From positions 372,001 through 436,000 of the forward strand of contig NW_026867531.1 of assembly GCF_020745735.1 (NCBI RefSeq): a stretch of 64,000 bases of DNA, in the 5' to 3' direction. Source of the DNA: Hemiscyllium ocellatum. Taxonomy: Eukaryota. The translations under genes and the position numbers were made by a program. Under the pieces are notes generated by a model, which did not search any database, was not told the DNA's origin, and worked only from the letters and a program-made list of their open reading frames with translations. Shown here piece by piece: positions 26,476 through 38,970 of this stretch; positions within the stretch are counted from its first letter, which is position 1; every line of letters starts with the position of its first letter.

Positions 26476-29360
26476 CTCCGCGGGGGCATGGGAACCAGGA
26501 CTGTAGCTTTAGGGTACAGGACCTTGAGTGTAGGGAGGTTAGGAATAATGCAGCGATCTCTAAGGAGGGTGCCTGTAACCAGAAAGGTGGATTGAAGTGT
26601 GTATACTTCAATGCCAGAAGTATAAGGAATAAGGTAGGTGAACTTGCAGCGTGGGTTGGTACCTGGGACTTCGATGTTGTGGCCATTACAGAGACGTGGG
26701 TAGAACAGGGACAAGAATGGCTGTTGCACGTTCCAGGGTTCAAATGTTTTAGTAGGATCAGACATGGGGGTAAAAAAGGGGGAGGCGTGGCATTACTTGT
26801 CAAAGACAGTATCACAGCAGTGGAATGGACGATGGAAGAGGACTTGCCATCTGAGGTAGTTTGGGCTGAGGTTAGAAATAGAAAAGGTGAGGTCACCCTG
26901 TTAGGTGTTTTCTACAGGCCTCCTAATAGTCCTAGAGAAGTAGAGGATAATATTGCGAGGATGATTCAGGAAAAGAGTGAAGGTAGCAGGGTGGTTGTTA
27001 TGGGGGACTTTAACTTCCCAGATATTGACTGGGAGAGCTATAGCTCGAGTTCATTAGATGGGTCGGTGTTTGTACAATGTGTGCAGGAGGGTTTCCTGAC
27101 ACAATATGTCGACAGGCCAACAAGAGGGGAGGCTATATTGGATTTGGTTCTAGGTAATGAACCAGGCCAGGTGTTAGACTTGGAGGTAGGTGAGCACTTC
27201 GGGGACAGTGACCACAAATCGGTGACTTTTACTTTAGTGATGGAGAGGGATAATCGTGCGCCGCAGGGCAAGAGCTATAGCTGGGGGCAGGGAAATTATG
27301 ATGCAGTGAGGCATGACTTAGGTTGTGTGGATTGGAAAAACAGGCTTCAAGAGAAGAACACTAATGAGATGTGGGGATTGTTCAAGGAGCAGCTACTGCG
27401 TGTCCTCGATAGGTATGTACCAGTCAGGCATGGTGTAAAGGGCCTTGTGAGGCAGCCGTGGTTTAGTAAGGAATTGGAGTCCCTTGTGAAAGGGAAGAAG
27501 GCGGCATATGTAAAGATGAGGCGTGAAGGTTCAGTAGGGGCGATTGAGAGTTATAAGGTAGCCAGGAAGGAGCTAAAGAGGGAGCTAAGAGAAGCGAGAA
27601 GGGGACATGAAAAGTCTTTAGCTGGTAGGATTAGGGAAAACCCAAAGGCTTTCTATAGGTATGTCAAGAATAAAAGGATGACTAGGGTAGGTATCGGTCC
27701 AGTCAAGGATAGTAGTGGGAAGTTGTGTGTGGAGGCGGAGGAGATTGGAGAGACATTAAATCAGTACTTTTCATCAGTATTCACTCAGGAACAGGACACT
27801 GTTGCTGATGTGAATATGGAATCACAAATAATTAGAATGGATGCCCTGGAAATATGCAGGGAAGAGGTTTTGGGAATATTGGAAAGGATGAATATAGATA
27901 AGTCTCCTGGGCCTGATGGCATTTACCCCAGGATCCTATGGGAAGCTAGGGAGGAGATAGCAGAGCCATTGGCCTGGATTTTTATGTCGTCATTGTCAAC
28001 GGGAATAGTACCAGAGGACTGGAGGATAGCGAATGTGGTCCCCTTGTTCAAGAAAGGGAGTAGGGATAGCCCTAGTAACTATAGGCCAGTGAGTCTGACT
28101 TCAGTGGTGGGCAAAGTCTTAGAGAGAATGGTAAGGGATAAGATTTATGAACATCTGGGTAGGAATAACGTGATCAGGGATAGCCAGCATGGTTTTGTGA
28201 AGGGCAGGTCGTGCCTCACAAACCTTATTGAGTTCTTTGAGAAGGTGACTAAGGAAGTGGATGAGGGTAAAGCAGTAGATGTTGTGTATATGGATTTTAG
28301 TAAGGCGTTCGATAAGGTTCCCCATGGTAGGCTAATGCTAAAACTTCGGAGGTATGGCATTGAGGATACATTAGAGGTTTGGATTAGGAATTGGCTGGCT
28401 GGAAGGAGACAGAGGGTAGTAGTTGATGGATTATGTTCATCTTGGAGCGCAGTTACTAGCGGTGTACCACAAGGATCTGTTTTGGGACCATTGCTTTTTG
28501 TTATCTTTATAAATGATCTAGAGGAAGGACTTGAAAGCTGGGTAAGCAAGTTTGCGGATGACACGAAAGTCGGTGGAGTTGTGGATAGTGAGGAAGGAAG
28601 TGGTAGGTTACAGCGGGATATAGATAAGTTGCAGAGCTGGGCGGAAATGTGGCAAATGGAATTCAATGTAGCTAAGTGCGAAGTCGTTCACTTTGGTAGG
28701 AATAACAAGATGATGGATTACTGGGCTAATGGTAGGCTACTTGGTAGTGTGGATGAGCAGAGGGATCTTGGTGTCTATGTACACAGATCTCTGAAAGTTG
28801 CCACCCAGGTAAATAGTGCTGTGAGGAAGGCATATGGTGTACTGGGCTTTATTGGCAGAGGAATTGAGTTCCGGAGTCCTGAGGTCATGTTGCAGTTGTA
28901 TAAGACTCTGGTGAGGCCTCATCTGGAGTATTGTGTGCAGTTTTGGTCGCCATACTATAGGAAGGATGTGGAAGCTTTAGAACGAGTGCAGAGGAGGTTT
29001 ACCAGGATGTTGCCTGGAATGGTAGGAAAATCTTATGAGGAAAGGCTGAGGCACTTGGGGCTGTTCTCATTGGAGAAGAGAAGGTTTAGGGGAGATCTGA
29101 TAGAAGTGTATAAGATGATTAGGGGTTTAGATAGGGTAGATACTAAGAACCTTTTACCGCTAATGGAGTCAGGTGTTACTAGGGGACATAGCTTTAAATT
29201 AAGGGGTGGTAGGTATAGGACAGATGTTAGGGGTAGATTCTTCACACAGCGGGTTGTGAGTTCATGGAATGCCCTGCCCGTATCAGTGGTGAACTCTCCT
29301 TCTTTATGGTCATTTAAGCGGGCATTGGATAGGCATTTGGAAGTTATTGGGCTAGTATAG
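26457..29360 (+). CDS. CR1 ORF2: apurinic-like endonuclease + reverse transcriptase (967 codons open; no AUG before the endonuclease)
   Basis: APE motifs YFNARS, AITETW, GVFYRPP, MGDFN and SDH. RT motifs NYRPVSLTS, QHGF, DFSKAFDKV, GVPQGSVLGPLLF and FADD. Confidence 0.93.
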   Translation: MGGFKLTPRGHGNQDCSFRVQDLECREVRNNAAISKEGACNQKGGLKCVYFNARSIRNKVGELAAWVGTWDFDVVAITETWVEQGQEWLLHVPGFKCFSRIRHGGKKGGGVALLVKDSITAVEWTMEEDLPSEVVWAEVRNRKGEVTLLGVFYRPPNSPREVEDNIARMIQEKSEGSRVVVMGDFNFPDIDWESYSSSSLDGSVFVQCVQEGFLTQYVDRPTRGEAILDLVLGNEPGQVLDLEVGEHFGDSDHKSVTFTLVMERDNRAPQGKSYSWGQGNYDAVRHDLGCVDWKNRLQEKNTNEMWGLFKEQLLRVLDRYVPVRHGVKGLVRQPWFSKELESLVKGKKAAYVKMRREGSVGAIESYKVARKELKRELREARRGHEKSLAGRIRENPKAFYRYVKNKRMTRVGIGPVKDSSGKLCVEAEEIGETLNQYFSSVFTQEQDTVADVNMESQIIRMDALEICREEVLGILERMNIDKSPGPDGIYPRILWEAREEIAEPLAWIFMSSLSTGIVPEDWRIANVVPLFKKGSRDSPSNYRPVSLTSVVGKVLERMVRDKIYEHLGRNNVIRDSQHGFVKGRSCLTNLIEFFEKVTKEVDEGKAVDVVYMDFSKAFDKVPHGRLMLKLRRYGIEDTLEVWIRNWLAGRRQRVVVDGLCSSWSAVTSGVPQGSVLGPLLFVIFINDLEEGLESWVSKFADDTKVGGVVDSEEGSGRLQRDIDKLQSWAEMWQMEFNVAKCEVVHFGRNNKMMDYWANGRLLGSVDEQRDLGVYVHRSLKVATQVNSAVRKAYGVLGFIGRGIEFRSPEVMLQLYKTLVRPHLEYCVQFWSPYYRKDVEALERVQRRFTRMLPGMVGKSYEERLRHLGLFSLEKRRFRGDLIEVYKMIRGLDRVDTKNLLPLMESGVTRGHSFKLRGGRYRTDVRGRFFTQRVVSSWNALPVSVVNSPSLWSFKRALDRHLEVIGLV

Positions 29361-29599
29361 GTTAGGTAGGACTCGGTCGGCGCAACATCGAGGGCCGAAG
29401 GGCCTGTACTGCGCTGTATCCTTCTATGTTCTATGTTTATCTTATGCAGCAGCCTTTTGTGCAGCACCTTGCTGAATGCCTTTTGGAAATCCAGATACAC
29501 CACGTTCACCAGTTCCCCATGGTCTACCACGCTCATTATGACCTCAAAGAATTCCAGTTAATCAGTTAAACATGACCTGCCTTTCATGAACCCAAGCTT

Positions 29600-30960
29600 T
29601 ATTAAATAAATGTGAGGTGCTGCATTTTTGTCAGGCAAACCAGGGCAAGACATATACAATTAATGGCTGGGCCTTGGGGAGTGTTGCTGAGCAAAGAAAC
29701 CAAAGGGTGCAGATGCATCATTCCTTGAAAGTGGAGTTGCAGGTAGACAGGGTGGGGAAGAAGGTGTTTGGCAGGCTTTCCTTCATTGGCCATAACATTA
29801 AGTGTAGGAGTCGCGATGCCATGTCTCAGTTGTATAGGACATTTGTGAGGCCACGTTTAGAATTATTACAGACAAATCTGGCTGACCATTTCTATGAAGG
29901 ATTTTGTGAAACTTGAGGGGATGTAGAAAAGATTTCCAAGAATGATGCTGGAACTGGAGTGTTTAAGGTATAAGGTGAAGCTGAATAGACTGGGGCTTTT
30001 CTTTTCCCTACAGTGAGAGGAAAGGAGGCTGAGGAGTGGCCTGAACAAGACCCTATAAAACCATGCAGGGCATTGATATGGTGAATAGCCAAGGCCTTTT
30101 TCCTCGAGTGGGAGAGTCCAAAACTAGAGGACAGCAGATTAAGGTGAGAGGAGAAACTGAGAAGAAGAACCTGAGGGGTAACCTTTTCACGTGCATATAT
30201 GGAAACAGCTGCCAGTGGTAGTGGGGGAGGTGGGTTCAATTACTGCATTTAAAAGGCACCTGGATGGGTGTATGAACAGGTAACATTTAGAGAAAGATAG
30301 GCCAAATGTCTGGCAAATGGTACTCAGTCAGGTTGGGATATCTGGTCAGTGCAGTTGGACCGAAGGGTCTGTTTCTGTGCTGGATATCTGTATGACTATA
30401 ATGTTTGTTTAAACTGAAAAGGACCTGTATTTTTACCACAGCTGGAATACTGTGGACTGTTCTTGGGACTCATATCACAAAGAAAAGGTACACTGGACTG
30501 TGAGACAATCCACACGAGGTTTAGCCGACTGATCCTGAGGATGGAGGGACTGTCTTGAGAGTAGAGACTGAGTCGTTTGGGCCTATACCCATTAGAACAT
30601 AGAAGATTCAGTGGTGACATTCTGAAACATCTATTATTTTCAGGAAACTTGATGGTGTAAATGCAGAAATGTTGTTTCCCCTTGTGGGAGAGGTTCGGAC
30701 CAGTGAGTAAAATCTCTGAATTAGAGGTCACAAATGTCAGGCAGAACAGAATTTTGTCTCCCAGAATGTAGTGAATCTGTGGAATTTGTTTCCATAGAAC
30801 ACTGTCGAGGCTGGGTCAGTCAGTATTTTGAAGGCTGAAATGGGCAGGTTTTGATTTGGGAATTGAATCAATGCTTACAGTTAAACGCTGAAAAGTGGAG
30901 GTGAGGATTATCAGCTCAGCTATGATGTCATTGTTTGGAAGCCCAAACCCCATTGGCTGA
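29600..30960 (+). mobile_element. Degenerate CR1 3'-end fragments (two or more)
   Basis: Motifs GTGCAGATGCATCATTCCTTGAAAGTGG, GGTTGGGATATCTGGTC and GTAGTGAATCTGTGGAATT match the 3' part of CR1 copies in this window. Confidence 0.6.
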
Positions 30961-33333
30961 ACAGACTGCTTCTGGTTCCCTCTCATTGACTTTTGCTCGA
31001 AGTTAGTCTTTTCAGAATTATATAGGTCTCATCGAAATTACCCTCCATTTCATGTTTGAAGCCCAGCTACTTCAATCCCTCCTCATCATGAAAAGAGACA
31101 GGGATCATCTTTCTCACTGTTAGATGGCATTGCATTCTGCCTCTAATGCAGTGACTACATTTATAGTCCTCCAGTTCTGTTGAATATTTGTCAAACACAA
31201 CCACGGCTGTCACAGAAAAGGTTAAAGACAGATCAAAACTACATTTAAACTACCATATCAAGCACACTGTTGGCATGTGTTGCATGGAATACACACACAT
31301 TGCATATTAAAGCTCTCTCAGTACTCATCCATTAAACACTGCAAGGGTTGTTCAGAGATGATTTGCTTATGTGTGTGTGTATGTCTATGCCTGTAGATGA
31401 TAATCTACTTGTATAACAAAGTTTTGATGCATAGTGCTGTTCCCTTTTTATTCTGGTATCAAGCATTTCAAAATCAGAAAGACAGTGGGTAGGAGTTCAA
31501 GCCCCTTTACACGGCTACATCAAATGTTTTCCGTGATTGTACAGCTCATGTAATGTGCTGGGTAAATCTCCCTCTATATTGTGTTGTCCAATGCAATCAT
31601 GTCAAATATATTTTGGTTTAGACACAGAGTAGAGCTGCATCCAGGATTCCCTAAAAAAAATCCTCCCAGAGTTGACACAAAATAAATTGACCTCTACAAT
31701 ATTAAACCTTCCATGAGATGTGCAGTGTAAGGTTAATTATAGACTAAATATGCATTACACTGAACCATTAAACATTCCTCAGACAAGAATAATAGTGCTG
31801 AGATACAATGAAAACGCGAACACAGTAAAGTCTTGCAGCCTCATTCCTATCAAGCATTTCCAGATCACTCAATACTCAGACAGATGTTTGTAAAATCTTG
31901 CTGTCCTGACTCAAATCTCTCGAAAGAAATGGATGAATTTGGCTGAGAGGCAATGTTGGTGAGGTGTTGGCTTCATGTTATTGAGGAAAACATTGTCCGA
32001 TTGTGGAGAGGCAAAACAAGGCATCAGAGATAAAGTAAAAAGGGGGCAGGCAGGAGGGGAAGAGAGAAAAAGAGACACAGAAATATTAGCTGTGCCAATG
32101 TATCTCTTAATTATAGTTTTTTGACTAAACATGACAATTGATACCTCTGTCATTCAACAATCATACAACTTATGTATTAAAAAGTCCTAACATCAATTAG
32201 TATTGGAATCCATTGAGTTATTTGCATTTTTCCACAATTCGTGTGATGTGCTTGTGGGGAAATATAAATTAGGGTTTTGTGGTTCTGTAATCTATTCTGA
32301 GAATTCTATTTCTGTGTTTATTTACATAAATGCTTAATTGGCTTCAAGGAAGTGATGATGGCAGCAAAGCCAGGTGAATGAAGTGATTTGGTGGTAAGTT
32401 TCAAATCGAAACAAGTTTATTTTAAGAATGTTGACCATTTGCAGAAGTGAATAAAAATTTATGAAGCCGAATTGCAACAGATTTTATTTATTTCTGAAAG
32501 ATAAACAATTTAAAACTTTTATTTAGGTTAACAATTCAGTGCTGAAAATTCTGCAAATTTAGAATATTCACGTGAAATACAGGAACTGCCGCAACAATTA
32601 CATTTAATTGATATAGTTGTTACGAGGTTTCGTTACACGTATTACTTAATGGTAAGGGTCAGCAATGAGTCCCTATCCCCAACTGCCCATTGAATAGCTT
32701 GCTAAAGCCACTTCAGAACACAGTCAATTACTTCCCAGTGGGTCTGGAATCTCATGTCGGCCAGACCATGTAAAGGTGACAGATGCCTTGTCATTCGTGA
32801 ACCAGCTGTTTTTGTATTTTTCCATTGACTCGGGTTACATGGTCACCATTTGCCTTCCTTTCTGATTCCAGGATTTCTTTAAATTCACATTTCACCCTGG
32901 GCAAACGATGATATTCCAAACCCTGGCCATCCAACATCAAACTGGAGTTCGAGAATACTGGTCCCATGATATCATCACTGTGATCCAAATGTTGGCAATG
33001 TACAGAAAGCACAGAAATGCAATAAATCTGACACTTTACATCATGAACAAATATTGGAGTGAAATACTGGCAAGAACTCTCTTGCTGTTCACAGCAACAT
33101 CACAGGAGACTTTGCATCCACTCACCAATCTAAAATCTGTATCGGATCTGTCTGAAGAGCCTGACTCACCGTCATTTGCATTTGTTGAATTCTTCACTGA
33201 ATTATGAAAACGTTAGTCACATATCCCAAGAAGGTGGTCATCAGCTCCCTTTTTGAAGGCCTGCCATCTTGCTCGGCTAATTATGGTTGATCTTTCTTAA
33301 GAAGCTTTATTACAACCAAATGGCTTCTCAGTC

Positions 33334-33550
33334 GAGACTGTAGTGCTGGAAAAGTACAGCAGGTCAGGCAGCATCCGAGGAGCAGGAGAATCGACGTTTT
33401 GGGCAGAAGGCCTTCATTAAGATACCTGATGTAGCTGTTATGGCTGGAACATTGATTCTCCTGCTCCTTGGATGCTGCCTGACCTGCTGTGCTTTTCCAG
33501 CACTACACTCTCAACTCAGATCTCCAGCACCTGCAGTCCTCACTTTCTCC
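33334..33550. mobile_element. Short palindromic PLE derivative (older), imperfect TSD
   Basis: Inverted arms with a longer right arm ending ...CAGTCCTCACTTTCTCC. Flanks ATGGCTTCTCAGTC / ATGGGTTTCTTAGTC. Confidence 0.75.
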
Positions 33551-33849
33551 TGATGGGTTTCTTAGTCAGGTTCGGCACAGGAAAGGAACCATCGCCTTTT
33601 TGTTGAACAGGTCAGGCAGGCCAGGTAGGAAGGTCACACATCCTCCTCTGAAGGACAATACTGAACCATGTAACATGCTTCAAAACTTTGGTAGGTCTGT
33701 GATTATCATTCGTTACTTCAGCAGTTTCGTTTCATACTCTTTCATGAATTGAAGCTACTATGGTAGAGATTGGTTCTGGAACTTTACTCCAAACCTTTTG
33801 ATTGCTTATTACATACTCATAATGCCTCCTTAACCACTTTCTCAAACTG

Positions 33850-36000
33850 TCATATTAGCTTCAATGATTGTTTTATTGACTCATGGAACACGGTGGTTGC
33901 TTTTAGTTGTCGGTAGGTGTCCTTCAGAAGATGGCAGAAAGCTGCCTTTCTGAAATAACATCTTCCAAAATGACCTGAGGAAGGGAATTCCAGATTTTGA
34001 CCCAGTTACAGTAAAAGATCGATGATGTATTTCCATGTCAGGATGCCGAATAGTTTAGAGAGGAGCTTACAGTGGTGCTGTTCCCATGTATCTGCTGTTC
34101 TTATCCATCGAGATGCAAGTGGGAGTGGGAAGGTCCTGTGTAAGGAAGTGGCTAAGTTACTGCAGTGCAGTATTTTAGACAGTGCATACGGCAGGTATGC
34201 CTGAAGAAGGGCTTATGCCCGAAACATCGATTCTCCTGCTCCTTGGATGCTGCCTGACCTGCTGCGCTTTTCTAGCAACACATTTTTCAGCATATGGCAG
34301 ATACTAAGCATCAGATTTGGAGGCAATGGACGCTTGTGGATGTGCTGCTGATCAAGTGGGATGCTTTGTCCTGGACAATGCCTAGCTTCTTGAGTGCAGT
34401 TGAAGGTGCTCCTGTCCAGTCAAAGGGTGAGCTGTGCTATTACCCTCCTGACTTCTGTCTCTTAGACAATTAATTGGCTTTGCAAGTCAGGAGGGTGAGT
34501 TACTCACTGCAGTATTCCTAGCCTCTGGCCTGCTCTTACAGCCATTGTATTTATATGGAGTGTCCAGCTCAATTTCTAATGAACAATAAAACCCAGGATG
34601 TCGATGGTGAGGGATTCCGTGATGGTAACACTATTGAATGTCAAGGGGTTTTGGTTAGATTGTCTCTTATTGTCAATGGTCATTGTCTCGCAAGTTTGTG
34701 GTGTGAATGCTATTTGCCACTTGTCAGCTCAAGGCTGGAAATTGTCCAGATTTTGTTGCGTTTGAATGTGGACTGAGCAGTCCCAAAAAAAGTGCTAGAT
34801 CAATGCAGATTTCACTTCTGACCTTCTGAGGGAGGGAAAGGCATTGCTGAAGCAGCTGAACATGATTGGGCCAAGGACACTTTCTTTAGGAACTCCAACA
34901 GAGATTTGCTTTGGCTGAGACGACTGCCCTCTAACAAGCAGAGCCACCTTCCAATGTGTGAGGTCTGACTGCAGGCAGCAGGGAGGTTGTCACCTGATAC
35001 CCATTGAATCCAGTTTTGCTAGGACTCCATAATATCACACTCTGTCGAATGTGACCTTAATGTGAAGAGCTGTCACTCTTCCCTCATTTCTGGAATTCAG
35101 TTCTTTGTCCATGTTTAAATCAACTAGGAGAAAGTGAGGACCGCAGATGCTGGAGATCAGAGCTTAAAAATGTGTTGCTGGAAAAGCGCAGCAGATCAGG
35201 CAGCATCAAAGGAGCAGGAGAATCAACGTTTTGGGCATAAGCCCTTCTTCAGGAATCAGCCTTCAGAAGGGCTTATATCCAAAACGTCAATTCTCCTGCT
35301 CCTTTGATGCTGCCTGACCTGCTGCGCTTTTCCAGCAACACATTTTTAAGCCATGTTTAAATCAAGTCTGTACTTCAGTCATGAGCTGAGTAGGCCTTGC
35401 GTAAGCCACATTTTATGTCACCAAGCAGGTTATTACTGAGCTAGTGCTGCTTGATAGCACTGTTGAAAGCACCTTCCTACACCTAACACATGATTGAGCA
35501 TGGACTGATGGAGCAGGAAGTCGCCAGGGTGGTTTGACCTATTTTCTGTGCACAGAACATGCCTGGCCTATTTTCCACATTGTCCATGCCAGTGTGGTAG
35601 CTGTACTGGGAGTGCTTGGCTAGCACAAGTCATCAGTATTATTGCCAGAATTTTGTCAGGCTCCATAGCATTTGCAGTAACCAGTGCCCCCCAGCCCAAC
35701 CGTGTCTTGATTTCACATGGAGAGAAGCGAATTCCCTGCTGACAGGTATCTGTAATATTGGTGATCTATGGAAGATGCTGAGATGGATCAGACAATTGGC
35801 ACTTCTGGCTGACGATTGCTGTGAATACTTCAGCCTTAACTTTTGCGCTGATGTGTTGTGCTCTCCAAAGCCGAGCAAGGGGATATCTGTGGAGCTTATT
35901 CCTGCAATGAGTTGTTTAATTATCAACTTTAGTTCATGACTTGATGTGGCAGCACTGCAGGCTCAGACCCCAGTTTCCTGAATTAATGGTCTAGCCACAA
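33850..36000 (-). mobile_element. Highly degenerate non-LTR retroelement RT-region fragment, containing later PLE-derived inserts at about 34200-34290 and 35124-35350
   Basis: General resemblance to common shark LINE sequence and TSD-flanked inserts. No long ORF; family not assigned. Confidence 0.45.
35124..35350. mobile_element. Short palindromic PLE derivative; 15-bp TSD
   Basis: TSD CCATGTTTAAATCAA at 35109-35123 and 35351-35365. Inverted arms with degenerate hammerhead cores. Confidence 0.9.
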
Positions 36001-37849
36001 TATCTCCAGACTATAACTCCAACTCGCACTCCATGATGTGATATGCACAACAGAAGATCGCTTATCCTTTGTATTTGTAGATTTCAACAATACATCATAT
36101 ATTCGCTTAATTTGTTAGTCTTGAAAATGCTTTACTTCACAGACTTTAGGATATAATGTTCTGTTTTCAATTTTTCTCTCCAACAGGCAAGGTCATCGAT
36201 GTCACACTGGCTTTCCTCCTCATTAATTGCAAAACCAAATGTTTTTCACCTCATCTTTGAACTTACTGATCAAAATTGCTACATTCTTGACTAGACCGTT
36301 CATATACGCTGCAAACAGCAAAGGATCCAGCACCAAGTCATATGGTAAGCCACTGGACACAAGATGTCTTCACAATGACTACCTTTGACCTTTAGCTTCT
36401 GCCAACAAATAAACCTTCGATGCATTTGCCAAACTGCACCAGATCCCATGAACCCTTAGCATATTGAAGATGCAAGATCTGGTCAAAAACCTGATTGAAG
36501 TCAAGAAGCATCACATCCACTTTTTACACCCGATGGCACATCTCATTGCCTCTGCGGAAAACAGAATCAACCACTTCCCAGATGGTCTCACTTCCACCAA
36601 AGCCCTGCTGAATTTTATTGACTAAACCTTACAATTCCAACTTTTAATGAATGCTGTCTCTTAGATTTATTTATTAACTTCCCCCAAGCTTTCTACTTTT
36701 AAACATAGGTTTATGAGCGAAACTACATATTGTCATTTCGCTCCTTTCACCCGGTGATAACTCTTTCTTATCTCTCTGACAGATAATTTACTCTCGCTGA
36801 AATAATCTTGTGTCTCTTCTGTTTCATTCTGGAAAATGGGAATGGAATTGAATACAATGTTGAGACCATCAGCAAACTGTCTGTTTGCTCTTGACACTGT
36901 CAGTGTGTTCACCCTCAGAGGTAGGAAGACTGTTTGTGCTGATAATATGGAAAGTAGCGCCTGATGTATCATTCTCAGCTGGCGCGCAACTTCCTGTTTC
37001 TATGTGCCAGCAGCAAGCCACACATCTCACTTCTGATCAGAAAATAAACCCAGGGGATACAATCTGGCAGAACCACCTGCCAATGTGGCCTATATCAGGA
37101 CACAGAGTGTGAAGTGATCACATTGAAGTGACATTTGCAAATCGACCTTTCGATCTCTATTTCACGGTCTGATTCCAGGATGTCGTTGGACGAGTCTCTC
37201 GACTATCGAACAAGCTCATTCGATTCACTAATGTCTGGAACACATTGACATGCACCTTTTCATGTCTTTGATCGTGTACTACTTGTTACTGTCTCTTCAG
37301 ATTTAATGTTCCCAGCTTTTGATTCTGTCTTCTGTATTCATCACCTTCCCAGCCGAATACATTCTGTTTGATCTATTTCCTAAATTTTGATCAATTAAAC
37401 AAATAATACAGTTTAGTACAGACAGGTCTGTTGGTGTGTCCGATTAACAGAATCAATCAATATATGGAGAGATCACCTTGGCTGTATCTAACTCTGACCG
37501 ACATTGAATTCAAATAAACCACAGCACTGTGTGGTTTCAAACTTTGCAAATCCTCTCTCTTTGATAGAGCTTGTTCTAACGGTTAATTCTTTTCTTGATT
37601 ATTTCAGAAACTATAATTAAAAATCCCTATTTTTAACCAAGTTTCAAATATTATTAAAAGTTGCAGCACTGGCATTTCCTACAGTGAGCTTTGTGGTGTT
37701 TAAATGTTCTGGTCAAAATTTGCTTCAAGCAGAAGACTGAACCATTGGTTTCTCTGAGTTCCCAGCCATTGCCCTTGCAGTTCCATAATAACTGCAAGCT
37801 ATTGATAAGCCCCAGAATGAACAGAATGTCCAGGCCCTGTACACATCCA

Positions 37850-38970
37850 AACGCCATGATGGAGGCCTCGAAGCCCTCCGTTTCTTCCTGTCACGCCAAC
37901 CCAAGCAGTACATGCTCAACCTCAACTACATTTCCTTTCAATCCTCCCACTTCCTCCAAACCAAAGGGGTAGCCATGGACACCTATATGGACCCCAGCTA
38001 TGCCTGCGTCTTCGTCAGATATGTGGAACAGTCAATCTTCCACAGCTACACCGGTATCATTGCCCATCTTTACCACCGCTACATTGATGACTGTATCAAC
38101 GCCACCTCATGCAACCACTAGGAGGTTGAACAGTTCATCTACTTTACTAAAACCTTCCACCCTGACCTAAACTTTACAGGGACCATCTCGGACACCTCCC
38201 TTCCTTTCCTAGACCTCTTCATCTCTATCTCCAGTGACCAACTAAACATTTACTACAAGCCCACTGACTCCCACAGCTACCTGGACTACACCTCCTCCCA
38301 CCCGACCTCAGGTAAAAATGCCATCCTTCATTCTCAATTCCTCTGCCTCCACCGCATCTGCTCCCAGGAGGACCAGTTCCACCATAAAACATCCCAGGTC
38401 CTTTATCAAAGACTGCAATTTCCCTCCCACGTGGTCGATGATGCCCTTGAACCCCATCCCTCCAATTGCAACAGGGAGCCCTCCTGGTCCTCACCTTCCA
38501 CCGCACCAACCTTGCATACATCATATCATCCTCTGCTGCTTCCACCACCGTAAACAGACCCCATCACTCGGGGTATATTTCCCTCCCTACACCTATCGGC
38601 ATTCCGGAGACACCATTCCCTCCACGACTCCCTCGTCAGGTCCATGCCCCCCACCAGCCCACTCCCCACCCCTGTCACCTTCCCCTGTCACCACAGGAAG
38701 TGCAAAACCTGCGCCCACACCTCCCCCCTCACCTCCGACGAGGCCCCAAATGATCCTTCCACATCCCATAGAAACTTATCTATACTTCCACAAATGTCAT
38801 CCACTGTGTCTGTTCCACCTGATGTGGTCTCCTCTGCATCAGGGAGACAGGACACTAACTTGCGGATCATTTCAGAGAACATCTCTGGGACACCCGTGCC
38901 AACCAACCCCACAGCCCCGTGGCTGAACACTTTAACTCCCCCTCCCACTCCACCAAGAACAGCCGGTCAT
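37850..38970 (+). mobile_element. Old Penelope-like RT/GIY-YIG fragment
   Basis: Remnants QSSHFLQTKGVAMDTYMDPSYAC and RYIDDCI, collinear with 3400-4600. Confidence 0.85.

Larger units (their letters stand above)
25637..29437 (+). mobile_element. Young CR1/HER1-like LINE, 5'-truncated within ORF1, intact ORF2, (CTATGTT)n tail
   Basis: The ORF1 remnant has a coiled coil and an SGNH/GDSL esterase motif (IVLGDSIVRG, VVHVGTNDIG), with one frameshift near 26232. ORF2 is uninterrupted. The 3' tail CTTCTATGTTCTATGTT is at 29421-29437. Confidence 0.95.
24560..29595 (-). mobile_element. Older CR1 RT/3' fragment (24560-25636 + 29438-29595) serving as host for the young CR1
   Basis: Minus-strand VYLDFQKAFSKVLHKRLLHKI (29438+) continues as HSVTSNALAWTENWL (<=25636) once the insert is removed. 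Confidence 0.85.

Noticed and set aside
36733-36972. Minus-strand 79-aa ORF that looks protein-like (…DGLNIVFNSIPIFQNETEETQDYF…)
   Set aside because: It has no recognisable domain and only a weak acceptor. I cannot support it as an exon without expression or homology data.
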